In this document: positions 40,960-49,822 of the stretch, piece after piece | How the letters are laid out: every line of letters begins with the position of its first letter | How positions within the stretch are numbered: the stretch's first letter is position 1 | NCBI GenBank assembly: GCA_963815195.1 | Contig: CAWFGE010000008.1 | Location: 32,001-96,000, forward strand | DNA from: an uncultured Planctomycetaceae bacterium | GTDB taxonomy: Bacteria > Planctomycetota > Planctomycetia > Planctomycetales > Planctomycetaceae | DNA length: 64,000 nucleotides | Reading direction: 5' to 3' | The notes under the pieces: model-generated | Databases searched by the model: none | The model's input: only the letters and a program-made list of their open reading frames with translations | What the model was told of the DNA's origin: nothing | Program-made: the position numbers and the translations under genes

Positions 40960-42668
40960 CTAGAACAGCGTGGGAGCCATCAGGCGATCGATGAGATCCT
41001 GGTTGCCGAAGAGGATATCGAGCACGCTGGCACTGGGCACGCGGCGTTCGCCGGGACTGTAGATTCCGGTCATCAAACTGTGCGGATTGGTCGCGGGATC
41101 GAGATCCTCAAGTCCCAACTGGTGCCCGAACTCATGCAGGACGACGGTGAGAAGGTCGATTCGACCCGCTGCTCGGGGATCGGTCGCGACGCCGTCGGGA
41201 CCGAATTCCTCATCCAGGCCGGGCGTGGGATCGATGAACCAGCCATAGCCGGCGGCATTCTGGTCCAGCAGGACCACGCCGTCGGGCTGGGACCAGCCCA
41301 CCACGCCGCCGTGCAGGTCGGCGACCTGAAACTGCACGGTGGCGAGTTTGTCGAGAACCGCCTGGGAGACGCCGGCGTCGTCCAGCCGCGCGAGCGCGGC
41401 CCCGACGACGGTCTGGACATCCTGGGTGGTGAGGTTCGGCCCGGCATCGGCCGACGTGACCTCGCCGCCCGCCACGCGAAGATCCTCGCCCGGCAGTTTG
41501 CCGCTGGCGGGGAAGATTCCCGTAAACACAATCGGATCGGGCACGCCCTGGCCTTGGTAGATCGGGATGAAGCCCACATTATTGAAGACGCGGAGGTCCG
41601 GGCGCCGCCCGGTCCGCGCGCTACGATCAAATCGGCGAGATTGTCGGCATTGATGTAGGCCGCCGCCACGCGGACGCCGCCGGTGAAGGACGGTTCAAAC
41701 GGAAACTGCGTGGAGTTGAAATTCAAGTCCGCGGTGACGTCGTTGGGACTGACGGTGCCGTTGATAATCCCGACGCTGTTGAAGATCCGCACGTGCGGTC
41801 CGCCGCCGGCCCCGGCTCCCGTCACGATGTCGGCCACGCCGTCGCCGTTAAAATCGCCGGCCGCGACATAAACGCCCCCCAGAAATCCCGGTGAATAGGC
41901 GAAGAAGTTCCCGATCGCGCCGGGGAACTGGACGCCGTTGAATCCGCTGAAGACGCGGACGTTCGGACCGCCGGCCGGTCCCGGGGCCGTGATAATATCC
42001 GGAATCTCGTCCTCGGGATTGATGTTGCCGACCGCCACGCGGACGCCGCCCAAAAACGATTGGTCATACACCAACTGATCCAGCCGCAGCGTGAAACTCC
42101 TTAAATCGAACACCCGCAGATCGGGGATTCCGCCCACGTCGGGAGCCGTCACCACTTCGTAAAACCCGCGGGAGGGACTGAGGATATTGTTCACGTCAAA
42201 ATCCGCGGCCGCCACAAAAATCCCGCCGGTAAAACCCGGATAGGGGTTGTAGCCGGTGAAGTAGGCCCCGGTCGTGCCGCTGAAGATCCGCACGGAATTG
42301 GGGATATTGAGGCCGGCACCGGGGGCGGTGATAATGATGGGAAAGGGGTTCCCGTTGATGTCCGGGATATAGCCGACCGCCGTGCGCACGCCGCCCACGA
42401 ATCCGGGGATGTCCGCATAGGGGTTGAATTGGTAGGCAAAGGCCATATCCGCGGAATTGTAAACCGCGACGCGGGGGGTGACGCCCGCATCCGTGCCCAC
42501 GGCCAAAACACCAGGAGACAGCACGACGCGTTCTTCCAAAATCTCCACTTCCGCCGCCGCACACGTTTTTGGGATCCACGGAGACCGATTTGTCCGCTGC
42601 GTTTTTTTTCGGCGAGTTCTAACGCCCGTTCCAAATGAACAACTGGTCAATCGAGGGAGCCGGAACAT
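40960..42668 (-). CDS. FG-GAP repeat extracellular protein with C-terminal HExGH metalloprotease-like motif (frameshift near 41600)
   Basis: EILEERVVLS motif; repeated F.GGVRVA.GD.NGDG..DI.T.PG.GGGP.VR.F; GYGWFID..DLLTVVLHEFGHQLGL. Confidence 0.85.
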
Positions 42669-42930
42669 GGGGCATTCCTTTACGCAGAATTGGAAACAAA
42701 AAGAACGCTGATCGGCAATTGTTCGCTTGGGGAGGGAACTCGCCAATTTGAGCAACGTTATCTTAGCAAGTCTCGGATCGTGGACAATAAGAAATCCTCT
42801 CTCCGGTTCTGGTAACGTATTCCCGTCACAAAATCAACAAAAAAACGCAACTTGCCAAAGACGAATTCCGGAAGTCCGGAGGGTGGTTGGCGAACCCGCG
42901 AACGGTCCGGAAAGGGGGCCTGCCAACGGG

Positions 42931-44121
42931 TTAGGCCGGTCCGGCATCGAGTTGCGGCTGAGAAATGGCGACGGCATCGTCGCGGGCGCTGGCCCGACTG
43001 GCGGACGTTGGCCGGGCGCGGGATGTCAATCGCACAAATCCATTGACCACGCGCGGGCCAGAGAGCAACAGGCCAATCAGGGCCAAACCGCCGCCGGCAA
43101 GCCAGGGATTGTAGTCCTGGGCGGCATAAATCTCGCCGTCGCCGACGCGGGGAACGGCGGCCGTCATTGGCACGGGCAGGCCGTATTGCATCGCCAGTTC
43201 CTCGGTTTGCGTGAAGTGCAAGACCGGCACGCCGGCTTTCGCAAAGCGGGACATCACCGAGTCCTCCAACTTTTCGCCGAGCGGAGCTTTGAGATTCAGG
43301 CCCGGATCGAATTGCTTCTTGCCTTCGTGCGTGCCCACGGACGTCGCCCCGCCGCCCACGTTGATGTAGGCCTTGATCGGCACGCCGTCCGCGTGCTCGT
43401 GGTAAAGCCGCATTCGCTGATTGATGCTGTCGGTCAAATCTTTCGGCTCGATCAACGGCAATTCGTTGCGGTCGATCGCGGCCTGCAACAGTCCGACCGA
43501 TTTTTCCGACATGCCCACCGCTTGATCGTCCACGCCCCCCAGCGAAGCGGCCAGGGACCGCGTGGCAATCACGCCTCGCTCATAGAGAACGTGTTCCATG
43601 TCGATCCAGAGCAGGTCCGGAAGATTCGCCCCCCACTGCGATGCCGAGGCACTGGAGACCACCAGGGGCTTCGCCTTCAAGGTTTTGAGGGCCGTGTGCA
43701 CGCAGATGTTGAGAGCGGGGAACGATCCGGAAAGCCCCACGGCCACGGTGTCGCCTTCCTTCACGCCGGCTTTTTGGAGCATCTCCACCACGACGGCGGC
43801 GAAGTTGGGATTGATCGTGGCTTGCTTGGCCGGCAGATGGCCGTGATTGCTGGTCACGGGGCTGATCAACAGGCCGACCATCCCCGATTCCGCGGGATCG
43901 ACGACCGGATCGATCGCCACGCCCCGCTCGAGCCGTTCGGCTTTGACGATTTGAAACGCCTGGTTCGCCAGGCCCGCGGCGTGCTCCTTTTCCGCGAGGG
44001 CCGACGCGTCGGGGTGTGAGGGAAACAGTTCCACCGCCGTTATGGTCCCGGCCGCGAAAACGGCGGCCAGCATCATCACCAGCGACGATCTTCCCTGCGG
44101 TTTCCAATACGATGCCTTCAT
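42931..44121 (-). CDS. pgsW: Poly-gamma-glutamate system protein PgsW/CapW
   Basis: AKQATINPNF, SGSFPALN, SASQWGAN, ASLGG, YINVGGG; downstream of pgsC. Confidence 0.82.
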   Translation of the reverse strand: MKASYWKPQGRSSLVMMLAAVFAAGTITAVELFPSHPDASALAEKEHAAGLANQAFQIVKAERLERGVAIDPVVDPAESGMVGLLISPVTSNHGHLPAKQATINPNFAAVVVEMLQKAGVKEGDTVAVGLSGSFPALNICVHTALKTLKAKPLVVSSASASQWGANLPDLLWIDMEHVLYERGVIATRSLAASLGGVDDQAVGMSEKSVGLLQAAIDRNELPLIEPKDLTDSINQRMRLYHEHADGVPIKAYINVGGGATSVGTHEGKKQFDPGLNLKAPLGEKLEDSVMSRFAKAGVPVLHFTQTEELAMQYGLPVPMTAAVPRVGDGEIYAAQDYNPWLAGGGLALIGLLLSGPRVVNGFVRLTSRARPTSASRASARDDAVAISQPQLDAGPA

Positions 44122-44176
44122 CGGTTATTCTCCCTATGATTATTTGCGTTAGTTAATGTTTCAAACGTAAGAAGTT

Positions 44177-44245
44177 TGAGCGGCACCGGCGCTAGCCGCC
44201 GGTTGGTGGAACGCGGCAAACCGGCGGCTAGCGCCGTGCCGCTCA
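44177..44245. repeat. REP-like palindromic element
   Basis: TGAGCGGCACCGGCGCTAGCCGCCGGTT ... AACCGGCGGCTAGCGCCGTGCCGCTCA; related copy at 59977-60070. Confidence 0.8.
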
Positions 44246-44308
44246 CAAGCCAAAAGCCATGAAATAATGTTTGGATTGGCTCTTTGCTCTTGGCTCTCTG
44301 CTCTGATC

Positions 44309-44866
44309 TCAGTCCCCGTCCACGTGGCGGGCGGTTTGGTTTATTCCCTCTGCGGTCGCCGCGGGCACGTTGAGCATTTGCTTCTCGGCCTGGCGTTTGG
44401 TTTCCGCAAGATGCAACTGTTGCGGAACGACCAGCACCAAGGCCAACCGGACGACGACCGCTGCCGTGAGCGTGGTCGTGCAGGTGTCGAGCCAACCTTG
44501 GCGGTCCATCCAGATGGCGATCAGCGCGGGCACGATGTAGCCGATGACCGTCAGTTCCAGGCCTTCGGTTCCGAGCCAGCCGCGGCCGAGAAGCATGCGG
44601 AACGAAGCTCCCGTCGCAAATCCGACAAGCAGCATCAACACCGTCCGGCGTTTGCCGAAGACGATCAAGAACGAGGACAATCCGCGGACGATGGCGAACG
44701 TCAAGAAAGCGGCCGCGAACGTCAAGGCAATGTTCACGGGCTGCGTCAGGTACAAGGCCACATAACCGGGAACCACCAGCCCGCCGCTCCCTTTGCCGAG
44801 GGTCTCCGAAAAGATCAGGCTCACGACAAGCCCGAGGCCGATGGAAAGCGTCAGCAAATCCAACAT
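44309..44866 (-). CDS. pgsC: Poly-gamma-glutamate biosynthesis protein PgsC/CapC
   Basis: IGLGLVVSLIFSE..G..GGLVVPGYVAL, FGKRR, VIGYIVPALIA.WMDRQG. Confidence 0.92.
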   Translation of the reverse strand: MLDLLTLSIGLGLVVSLIFSETLGKGSGGLVVPGYVALYLTQPVNIALTFAAAFLTFAIVRGLSSFLIVFGKRRTVLMLLVGFATGASFRMLLGRGWLGTEGLELTVIGYIVPALIAIWMDRQGWLDTCTTTLTAAVVVRLALVLVVPQQLHLAETKRQAEKQMLNVPAATAEGINQTARHVDGD

Positions 44867-44871
44867 GGCGA

Positions 44872-46197
44872 TTATCTCCCTTGATCCAAAGTGACAAGTT
44901 TCGCTTTTCCATTGCGTGAAGGTTTCGATACAAAACTGCCGGCGGGTTGCAATTCCCGTTCCTCGAACTCGCCGGTTTTCTGGGTGCCGAAATGATGCTG
45001 AGGAACGGCGACGGGGAGGCGGCTGCGGTTGCGGAAGAAGCGGGCGATTTCCAAGCCGTTGTCGCCGATGTTTCCCATGCCCACGATCAAAGCCGACTGG
45101 CCGGCCAGGTCGATCAACGTCTCGAACAGCTCGGCTGGGGATTCGCGTTCCGCCACGACGACTTTTCGCGGATCGAGACCCGCTGCCGCCGCAAAGCGCA
45201 CGAACGCCTGCGTTCCCGTGCCGATCAAAACGTACGAGTCGGCCGGTTCCCAATCCACACAGGCCTGAGCGAGTTGGCGGGATCGATCCAGGCGGTCGGA
45301 TCGGCAATTGAACAAAGCGATCCGCCGCTCCACGCCGGGATGCGACGTGAGCGAAGCCTGCCAGAGCCGCTCGGTCGCGGTGGGGTCGTTGGCGGCAAAG
45401 GCGCTGACGAATTGAATCGTCCGTCCCCAGAATTCCAATTCGTAGGTCGCCGTCGCGCCGGGATCGGGTTGCGCCTGGCACATGCCGGCGAGCGCGGTTT
45501 CCCGATCGATTCCCAACCCCGCACACACGCGAAGGGCCAAAGCGACGTTCTCGCGGTGCTCGGGATAGGAAAACCGTTTGAGGTCCGCCTCGGTGACTTG
45601 GGCCACGTCGCGTTCGCCCACCGCCTCGAGCCGGCTGCCCCGGTCTTTGGCGGCCCGGCGAAGGATCCGCCGGTGTTTGCGCTCGGCGGTGAAGAGCACG
45701 CCGTTCTGGGGCGTCATATTGCACAAAGCCTTTGCCACGTGCGAATCGTCCGGCCCCATCACGTCCAAATGGTCGGCCCAGGCGTTGGTAATCACGCCGT
45801 AAGTCGCCCGGATCAGCTTCGATTCGCAAATCCATTGCAGCCAAGGTTGCAGCGCCATGCACTCGACCACGAGAGCCTCGACATGATGGCGGGCGGCCTC
45901 GCGGACAATCTCGCGCTGCTCGAGCACGTTGGCCCCTGAGTCGCGGTCCACGGGGACTTCGCTGCCGTCGGGCAGTATCATGCGAGGCAGCGTGCCGGTG
46001 GTTTTTGCGAACGTGCGAATGCCGGCTCCGCGAAGTCCGGCGGCGATCAAACGCGTGACGCTGGATTTGCCCCGCGTCCCGTTGACGTGAATCCGAATCG
46101 GAATCCGGTGCAGATTCCTTCGATGCGAGATGGACTCCGCGAGGCCCGCGGCCAGCAAAAATCCAATCAGACCCAAGATGACAAACAGAGCGGTCAT
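44872..46197 (-). CDS. pgsB: Poly-gamma-glutamate synthase PgsB/CapB
   Basis: RIHVNGTRGKSSVTRLIAAGL, AKTTGT, VECMALQP, DHLDVMGP, AFAANDP. Confidence 0.95.
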   Translation of the reverse strand: MTALFVILGLIGFLLAAGLAESISHRRNLHRIPIRIHVNGTRGKSSVTRLIAAGLRGAGIRTFAKTTGTLPRMILPDGSEVPVDRDSGANVLEQREIVREAARHHVEALVVECMALQPWLQWICESKLIRATYGVITNAWADHLDVMGPDDSHVAKALCNMTPQNGVLFTAERKHRRILRRAAKDRGSRLEAVGERDVAQVTEADLKRFSYPEHRENVALALRVCAGLGIDRETALAGMCQAQPDPGATATYELEFWGRTIQFVSAFAANDPTATERLWQASLTSHPGVERRIALFNCRSDRLDRSRQLAQACVDWEPADSYVLIGTGTQAFVRFAAAAGLDPRKVVVAERESPAELFETLIDLAGQSALIVGMGNIGDNGLEIARFFRNRSRLPVAVPQHHFGTQKTGEFEERELQPAGSFVSKPSRNGKAKLVTLDQGR

Positions 46198-46334
46198 TGA
46201 AAATATCCTTAATCCAAGACAGAAACTGCAATACGATCTCACCGGCCCAAACCGCCAGCGAGGGATTTTTCCGAATTTAGTTGGCTTTCCCTCGCTAGCA
46301 ATTCGGGCTAGTGGGGATATTCGCCGAACACGCC

Positions 46335-46784
46335 TCAATCCCCGACGCCGACTTCCAGGTTGATGGCGGTCTGGAGCAACTCGGTCTCCTGGCGGTTGTG
46401 ATCCTCGATTTGTTCGATCCATTCATAAAGCTCCAGCCGGGTTCGCGGCGAAAGCTCGTCTTGCGTTCCGAACGCGGCCACTTGAGTTCGCAGCTCCGCC
46501 AATCGGGAATGAATCGCGTGATGCTGGCTTTGCAGACACTGAACCTGGCGATCCCAATTGGGATATTCGTCCAAGACTTCTTGCAGGTAGCCGCCGTCTT
46601 CTTCCCGATGAAACTCGCGCGGAAGCAGCCTTAAAAGTCCATCCAAAATCATCAGCACCCACCGGCAGGTTTCCGGCCCGTCGGGATCGTCCAGAAGATC
46701 TACGAGGTCTCCGAGCAAGAGGTATTCCAACGCGGCATCCCGCTCCAAGGAACTTTGGGAAACGGGGGTTTTGACTGTTTGCAT
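46335..46784 (-). CDS. Hemerythrin-like domain protein
   Basis: FHREEDGGYL, LQSQHH, HNRQETELL pattern; some canonical His ligands appear substituted. Confidence 0.65.
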   Translation of the reverse strand: MQTVKTPVSQSSLERDAALEYLLLGDLVDLLDDPDGPETCRWVLMILDGLLRLLPREFHREEDGGYLQEVLDEYPNWDRQVQCLQSQHHAIHSRLAELRTQVAAFGTQDELSPRTRLELYEWIEQIEDHNRQETELLQTAINLEVGVGD

Positions 46785-46840
46785 AAATCACCTTTACGTG
46801 AAACTTCAAACGGGAACCAAAGAGGCAAACCAGGCGACAT

Positions 46841-47518
46841 CTATTCCGGGCGGACAACCACCGCTCGGGCGATGTAATCGTCGTCGGCTTGTTCGGCCAC
46901 CACGGTGGCAATCTGGCCCGGCTTCGATGTTGTCTTGTCCAGAATCATCACGCTCGCCTCATCGGGGATCTGCACAAACCGCCGTTCGTCGCCCACTCGC
47001 AGCAGAAACCCGTCATCGTCGATCGACACAATTTCCCCTTCGAACGTCGCAAGGCCGGCGGGTTCTTGCGTTAGCCCGCCGGCATGGTCACGCGGACTTG
47101 CTCGCTCTTCCGCCGCCCCAGGCCCTTCGGCGCCCGGGGGGTCAATGGATCCTCGCGGAATCGTGGTGGCGGGGATAATCGGCTTGGCCGCGGCGTGGCG
47201 AACGGACGTGGCGACGGCGGCGACTTCGGTTGCCATGCCGCCGGCTCCTTTGTGTTTGATGCGGACATTCACCGACGGATAACGATTGAGGTCCTTCCAA
47301 GTCGCGCGATGGCCGTTGAGCGTGATCTGGGTCCGGGGCGTCAGCGGGAAGGCGCGGATTCCACCACCGCCCGGATGACTGACGACCAATTTGCTTTTCT
47401 GAGCGCTGACCAGTACGCCGCTTGAGACCGCGGCGGTTTGATGTTGGCAGCCGGCGAGCGCCATCAGGCCGGCCAGAACGGACAAGGTCAGCATTGGGTT
47501 TTTGATGAACGGAATCAT
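46841..47518 (-). CDS. Lipoprotein with two small beta-barrel-like repeats
   Basis: Lipobox LAGC; T.ITLNG..A...DL repeat pattern. Confidence 0.65.
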   Translation of the reverse strand: MIPFIKNPMLTLSVLAGLMALAGCQHQTAAVSSGVLVSAQKSKLVVSHPGGGGIRAFPLTPRTQITLNGHRATWKDLNRYPSVNVRIKHKGAGGMATEVAAVATSVRHAAAKPIIPATTIPRGSIDPPGAEGPGAAEERASPRDHAGGLTQEPAGLATFEGEIVSIDDDGFLLRVGDERRFVQIPDEASVMILDKTTSKPGQIATVVAEQADDDYIARAVVVRPE

Positions 47519-47593
47519 GTCGCGGCCTTTCAAATCCCTGGTTGTTTGGAGTATGCCATTGGCTCCGCCAGTGTTTTTTGCGTTCCTCGGCGA

Positions 47594-48053
47594 TTACGAC
47601 GGCAGCCAGGAGTCCTGCGCGTGCTGGGCCAATTCGACGGTGATCGTCAAAGGCGGAACGTATTCCTCCACGCGATGCGGCGCCGTGATCGATTCGCCCC
47701 GCCGCCACTCTGGCTGATGCTCCCTGCGCCGTTTGGGCTTTTCGCTCGGCGAGGTCCCGGAGCCCTTTCCAAACGATGCACCGTCCGGAACTCGCGATCT
47801 CTTTCGTCAACTCGTACGCCGCCGGCTCCGAATAGCCGAAGACTTGCTCTAAGATCTCGACATAGTCTCGGAAACTATGGACCTCGTCATCGTGCACGAC
47901 GACGGCATAGACGGTCGCTTGAGATTCTGCCGCCGGCGTCGGGCGTTTCGGGGCGTTGTTCTGGGTGAACCATTCGGGAAGCCACTGAGGGATCTCCTCG
48001 GCACGGGTCCTGGGAGAATTCTCGGAGGGCGAATTGAGATTGGGACTGCTCAT
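47594..48053 (-). CDS. clpS: ClpS-like adaptor protein (frameshift near 47720)
   Basis: YAVVVHDDEVHSF..VEILEQVFGYS...A.EL..EI..SGRCIVW..AE.K; alternate frame ends PLTITVE...*; GGAG RBS. Confidence 0.7.
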
Positions 48054-48110
48054 CTTGAACTCCTTGCAAAATCGGGTTCTGTTCAATTTCCTTTTCTGCG
48101 ATGTTTCAAC

Positions 48111-48150
48111 GAAAAAACCCCTGCCGCGCAGAGGCGCTGCAGGGGTTTTC
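48111..48150 (-). terminator. Intrinsic terminator in the clpS-pgs leader
   Basis: On - strand AAAACCCCTGC...GCAGGGG followed by TTTTTT. Confidence 0.75.
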
Positions 48151-48244
48151 GGGTATGAAAAAAGCCCCACCACGTCTCGCGCAGAGGGACTGTCATAGTC
48201 TCTAAACTGGTTATGACCCGGCGAATCGTCGGCAGGTCAAAAGA

Positions 48245-48273
48245 ATGTTATTGCTGTCCAATAACCCGGTCAA
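48245..48273 (-). promoter_or_regulatory. Sigma70-like promoter
   Basis: TTGACC-17 nt-TAACAT on - strand, overlapped by GTTATTG direct and inverted repeats. Confidence 0.5.
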
Positions 48274-48281
48274 TAACTTTT

Positions 48282-49202
48282 TTAGGAACTTGCGGAATTT
48301 TTCTGCTGCATCTCGGCGGCGAGGGCGCGGGTGAGCAGCGCCTTGGTCGCGCGGATGCCTTCGAATTCATCGAGCTTTGTTCCCTGATAGTTGATGCTCA
48401 CATAGCCCCGGTAGCCGGCGTCCAGGACGAGTTTGATCATCCGCGAATAATCGACCGACGTTTCGTTGCCGGCCTCGTCGAAATCCTTCGCCGTGGCGCG
48501 GACGCCTTTGGCCAAAGGCATCAGTTGCTGCATCGCGGCGTAGGGGTTGTCCGCGTCGAACCCGGTAAAGCTCGGATAGACGCCGACGTTTCGGGAATCG
48601 GCCGCTTTCAACAGTTCCAACAGCGATTCCGGCTTCCAACTCTTATCGCCGTTGGCGCAGACCAAGACGTGCAAATGCCGGCTCTTGGCGTAGTCGGCGA
48701 GTTCCTTGAGGCTTTCCGCTCCGCGTTCCTGGCGGTCTTTCAGTGAACCCTCGCCGGCCACCTTGACGCACACGGAATGACAACCGAGCGACTTCGCCAG
48801 ATCGATCCAGGGCAGATGGTCGCGGGCGGCGGCTTTGCGTTTCTTGGCATCGGCGTCGGCGAGCGAGCCCGCATCGTTGACCAGAATCAAAACCTGGCGG
48901 ACCCCGTGCTCGGCGGTGCGCTGGTTCATGTGTTTGATGTAGCCCTCATCCTTCTGATGCTCGCTGAAATAGCTGGTCACGTATTCGATGGCGTCGATGC
49001 CGAAATCCTGCTTTGCCACCCTGGCGAAATCGAGGTGGTCGATTTTATTTTCTTTGAGGCTCCGGCTCAGGGAGCATTCATTGAGTGCGAGCTTGAAATC
49101 CCGCCGGTCCGGAACGGCGAGCAGCGGCCGGGCCGCGGTACCTAAAGCCAGGCTGGCGGCGGAGATCGAAAGAAAATCGCGTCGGGTGAATGGTCTGTTC
49201 AT
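48282..49202 (-). CDS. Sugar-phosphate isomerase/epimerase family TIM barrel with Tat signal
   Basis: TRRDFL twin-arginine motif; FGIDAIEYV; AKDFDEAGNETSVDY...GYRGYVSI. Confidence 0.85.
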   Translation of the reverse strand: MNRPFTRRDFLSISAASLALGTAARPLLAVPDRRDFKLALNECSLSRSLKENKIDHLDFARVAKQDFGIDAIEYVTSYFSEHQKDEGYIKHMNQRTAEHGVRQVLILVNDAGSLADADAKKRKAAARDHLPWIDLAKSLGCHSVCVKVAGEGSLKDRQERGAESLKELADYAKSRHLHVLVCANGDKSWKPESLLELLKAADSRNVGVYPSFTGFDADNPYAAMQQLMPLAKGVRATAKDFDEAGNETSVDYSRMIKLVLDAGYRGYVSINYQGTKLDEFEGIRATKALLTRALAAEMQQKNSASS

Positions 49203-49228
49203 TCTGTCTTGGTTCCCACGTGTCGAAG

Positions 49229-49822
49229 TTAGGCTTCATCGAGAATTGTCTCCTCCGCGGCGATGATTGTCTTGGCGACTTCCACGAGTTTGATCCGCCG
49301 ATTGTTGGCGTGTTTTTGCAGCCGCCGAAACGCATCAGGCTCCTCAAGTCCGGCCCGTTTCATCAAAATGCCCTTGGCCCGCTCGATCAGTTTGCGGTCT
49401 TCGAGCGCTTGTTTGGAATCCGCCGCCTCCCGCCGGAGGGTTTCAAATTCCCGGAACCTCGCCGTCGCGAGGGCAATCGCCGGGATCAAATCCGAATCTT
49501 TGATCGGCTTGATGAGATAGGCCATGATATGGTTCTGCCGGGCCCGCTCGATGAACTCCGGATCGTGAAAGGCCGAGACGAGAATCACCGGGACGGGAGA
49601 GTCGGCGTAGATTTCCGCCGCCGCGTCGATGCCGTCCATCCCGGTCATTTTGATGTCGGTGATGATGAGGTCGGGATGCATTTCGCCGCAGCACTCGACC
49701 AGTTCCCGGCCGGTCGCCGCCATCCCGACCACCTGGTGACCCAAGAGGTCGATGGCCTTGCTGAAGAACTCCCGCATGCGGGGTTCATCATCGGCAATCA
49801 CGACGCGCAACGTTGGATTCAT
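49229..49822 (-). CDS. ANTAR-domain response regulator (NasT/PdtaR/EutV type)
   Basis: REC (VIADDE, DLIITDIKM, YLIKP) plus LEDRKLIERAKGILM...AFRRLQK.A. Confidence 0.93.
   Translation of the reverse strand: MNPTLRVVIADDEPRMREFFSKAIDLLGHQVVGMAATGRELVECCGEMHPDLIITDIKMTGMDGIDAAAEIYADSPVPVILVSAFHDPEFIERARQNHIMAYLIKPIKDSDLIPAIALATARFREFETLRREAADSKQALEDRKLIERAKGILMKRAGLEEPDAFRRLQKHANNRRIKLVEVAKTIIAAEETILDEA

Noticed and set aside
44309..46231. 640-aa ORF as a PgsB-PgsC fusion
   Set aside because: Only the last ~185 codons are PgsC, with its own RBS and ATG at 44866; the rest is an off-frame overlap of pgsB.
48170..48240. SAM-I or ZTP riboswitch (GAGGGACTG; GCCGAC..CGCCGGG)
   Set aside because: Only short fragments match, partly on the wrong strand; the core consensus elements are missing.
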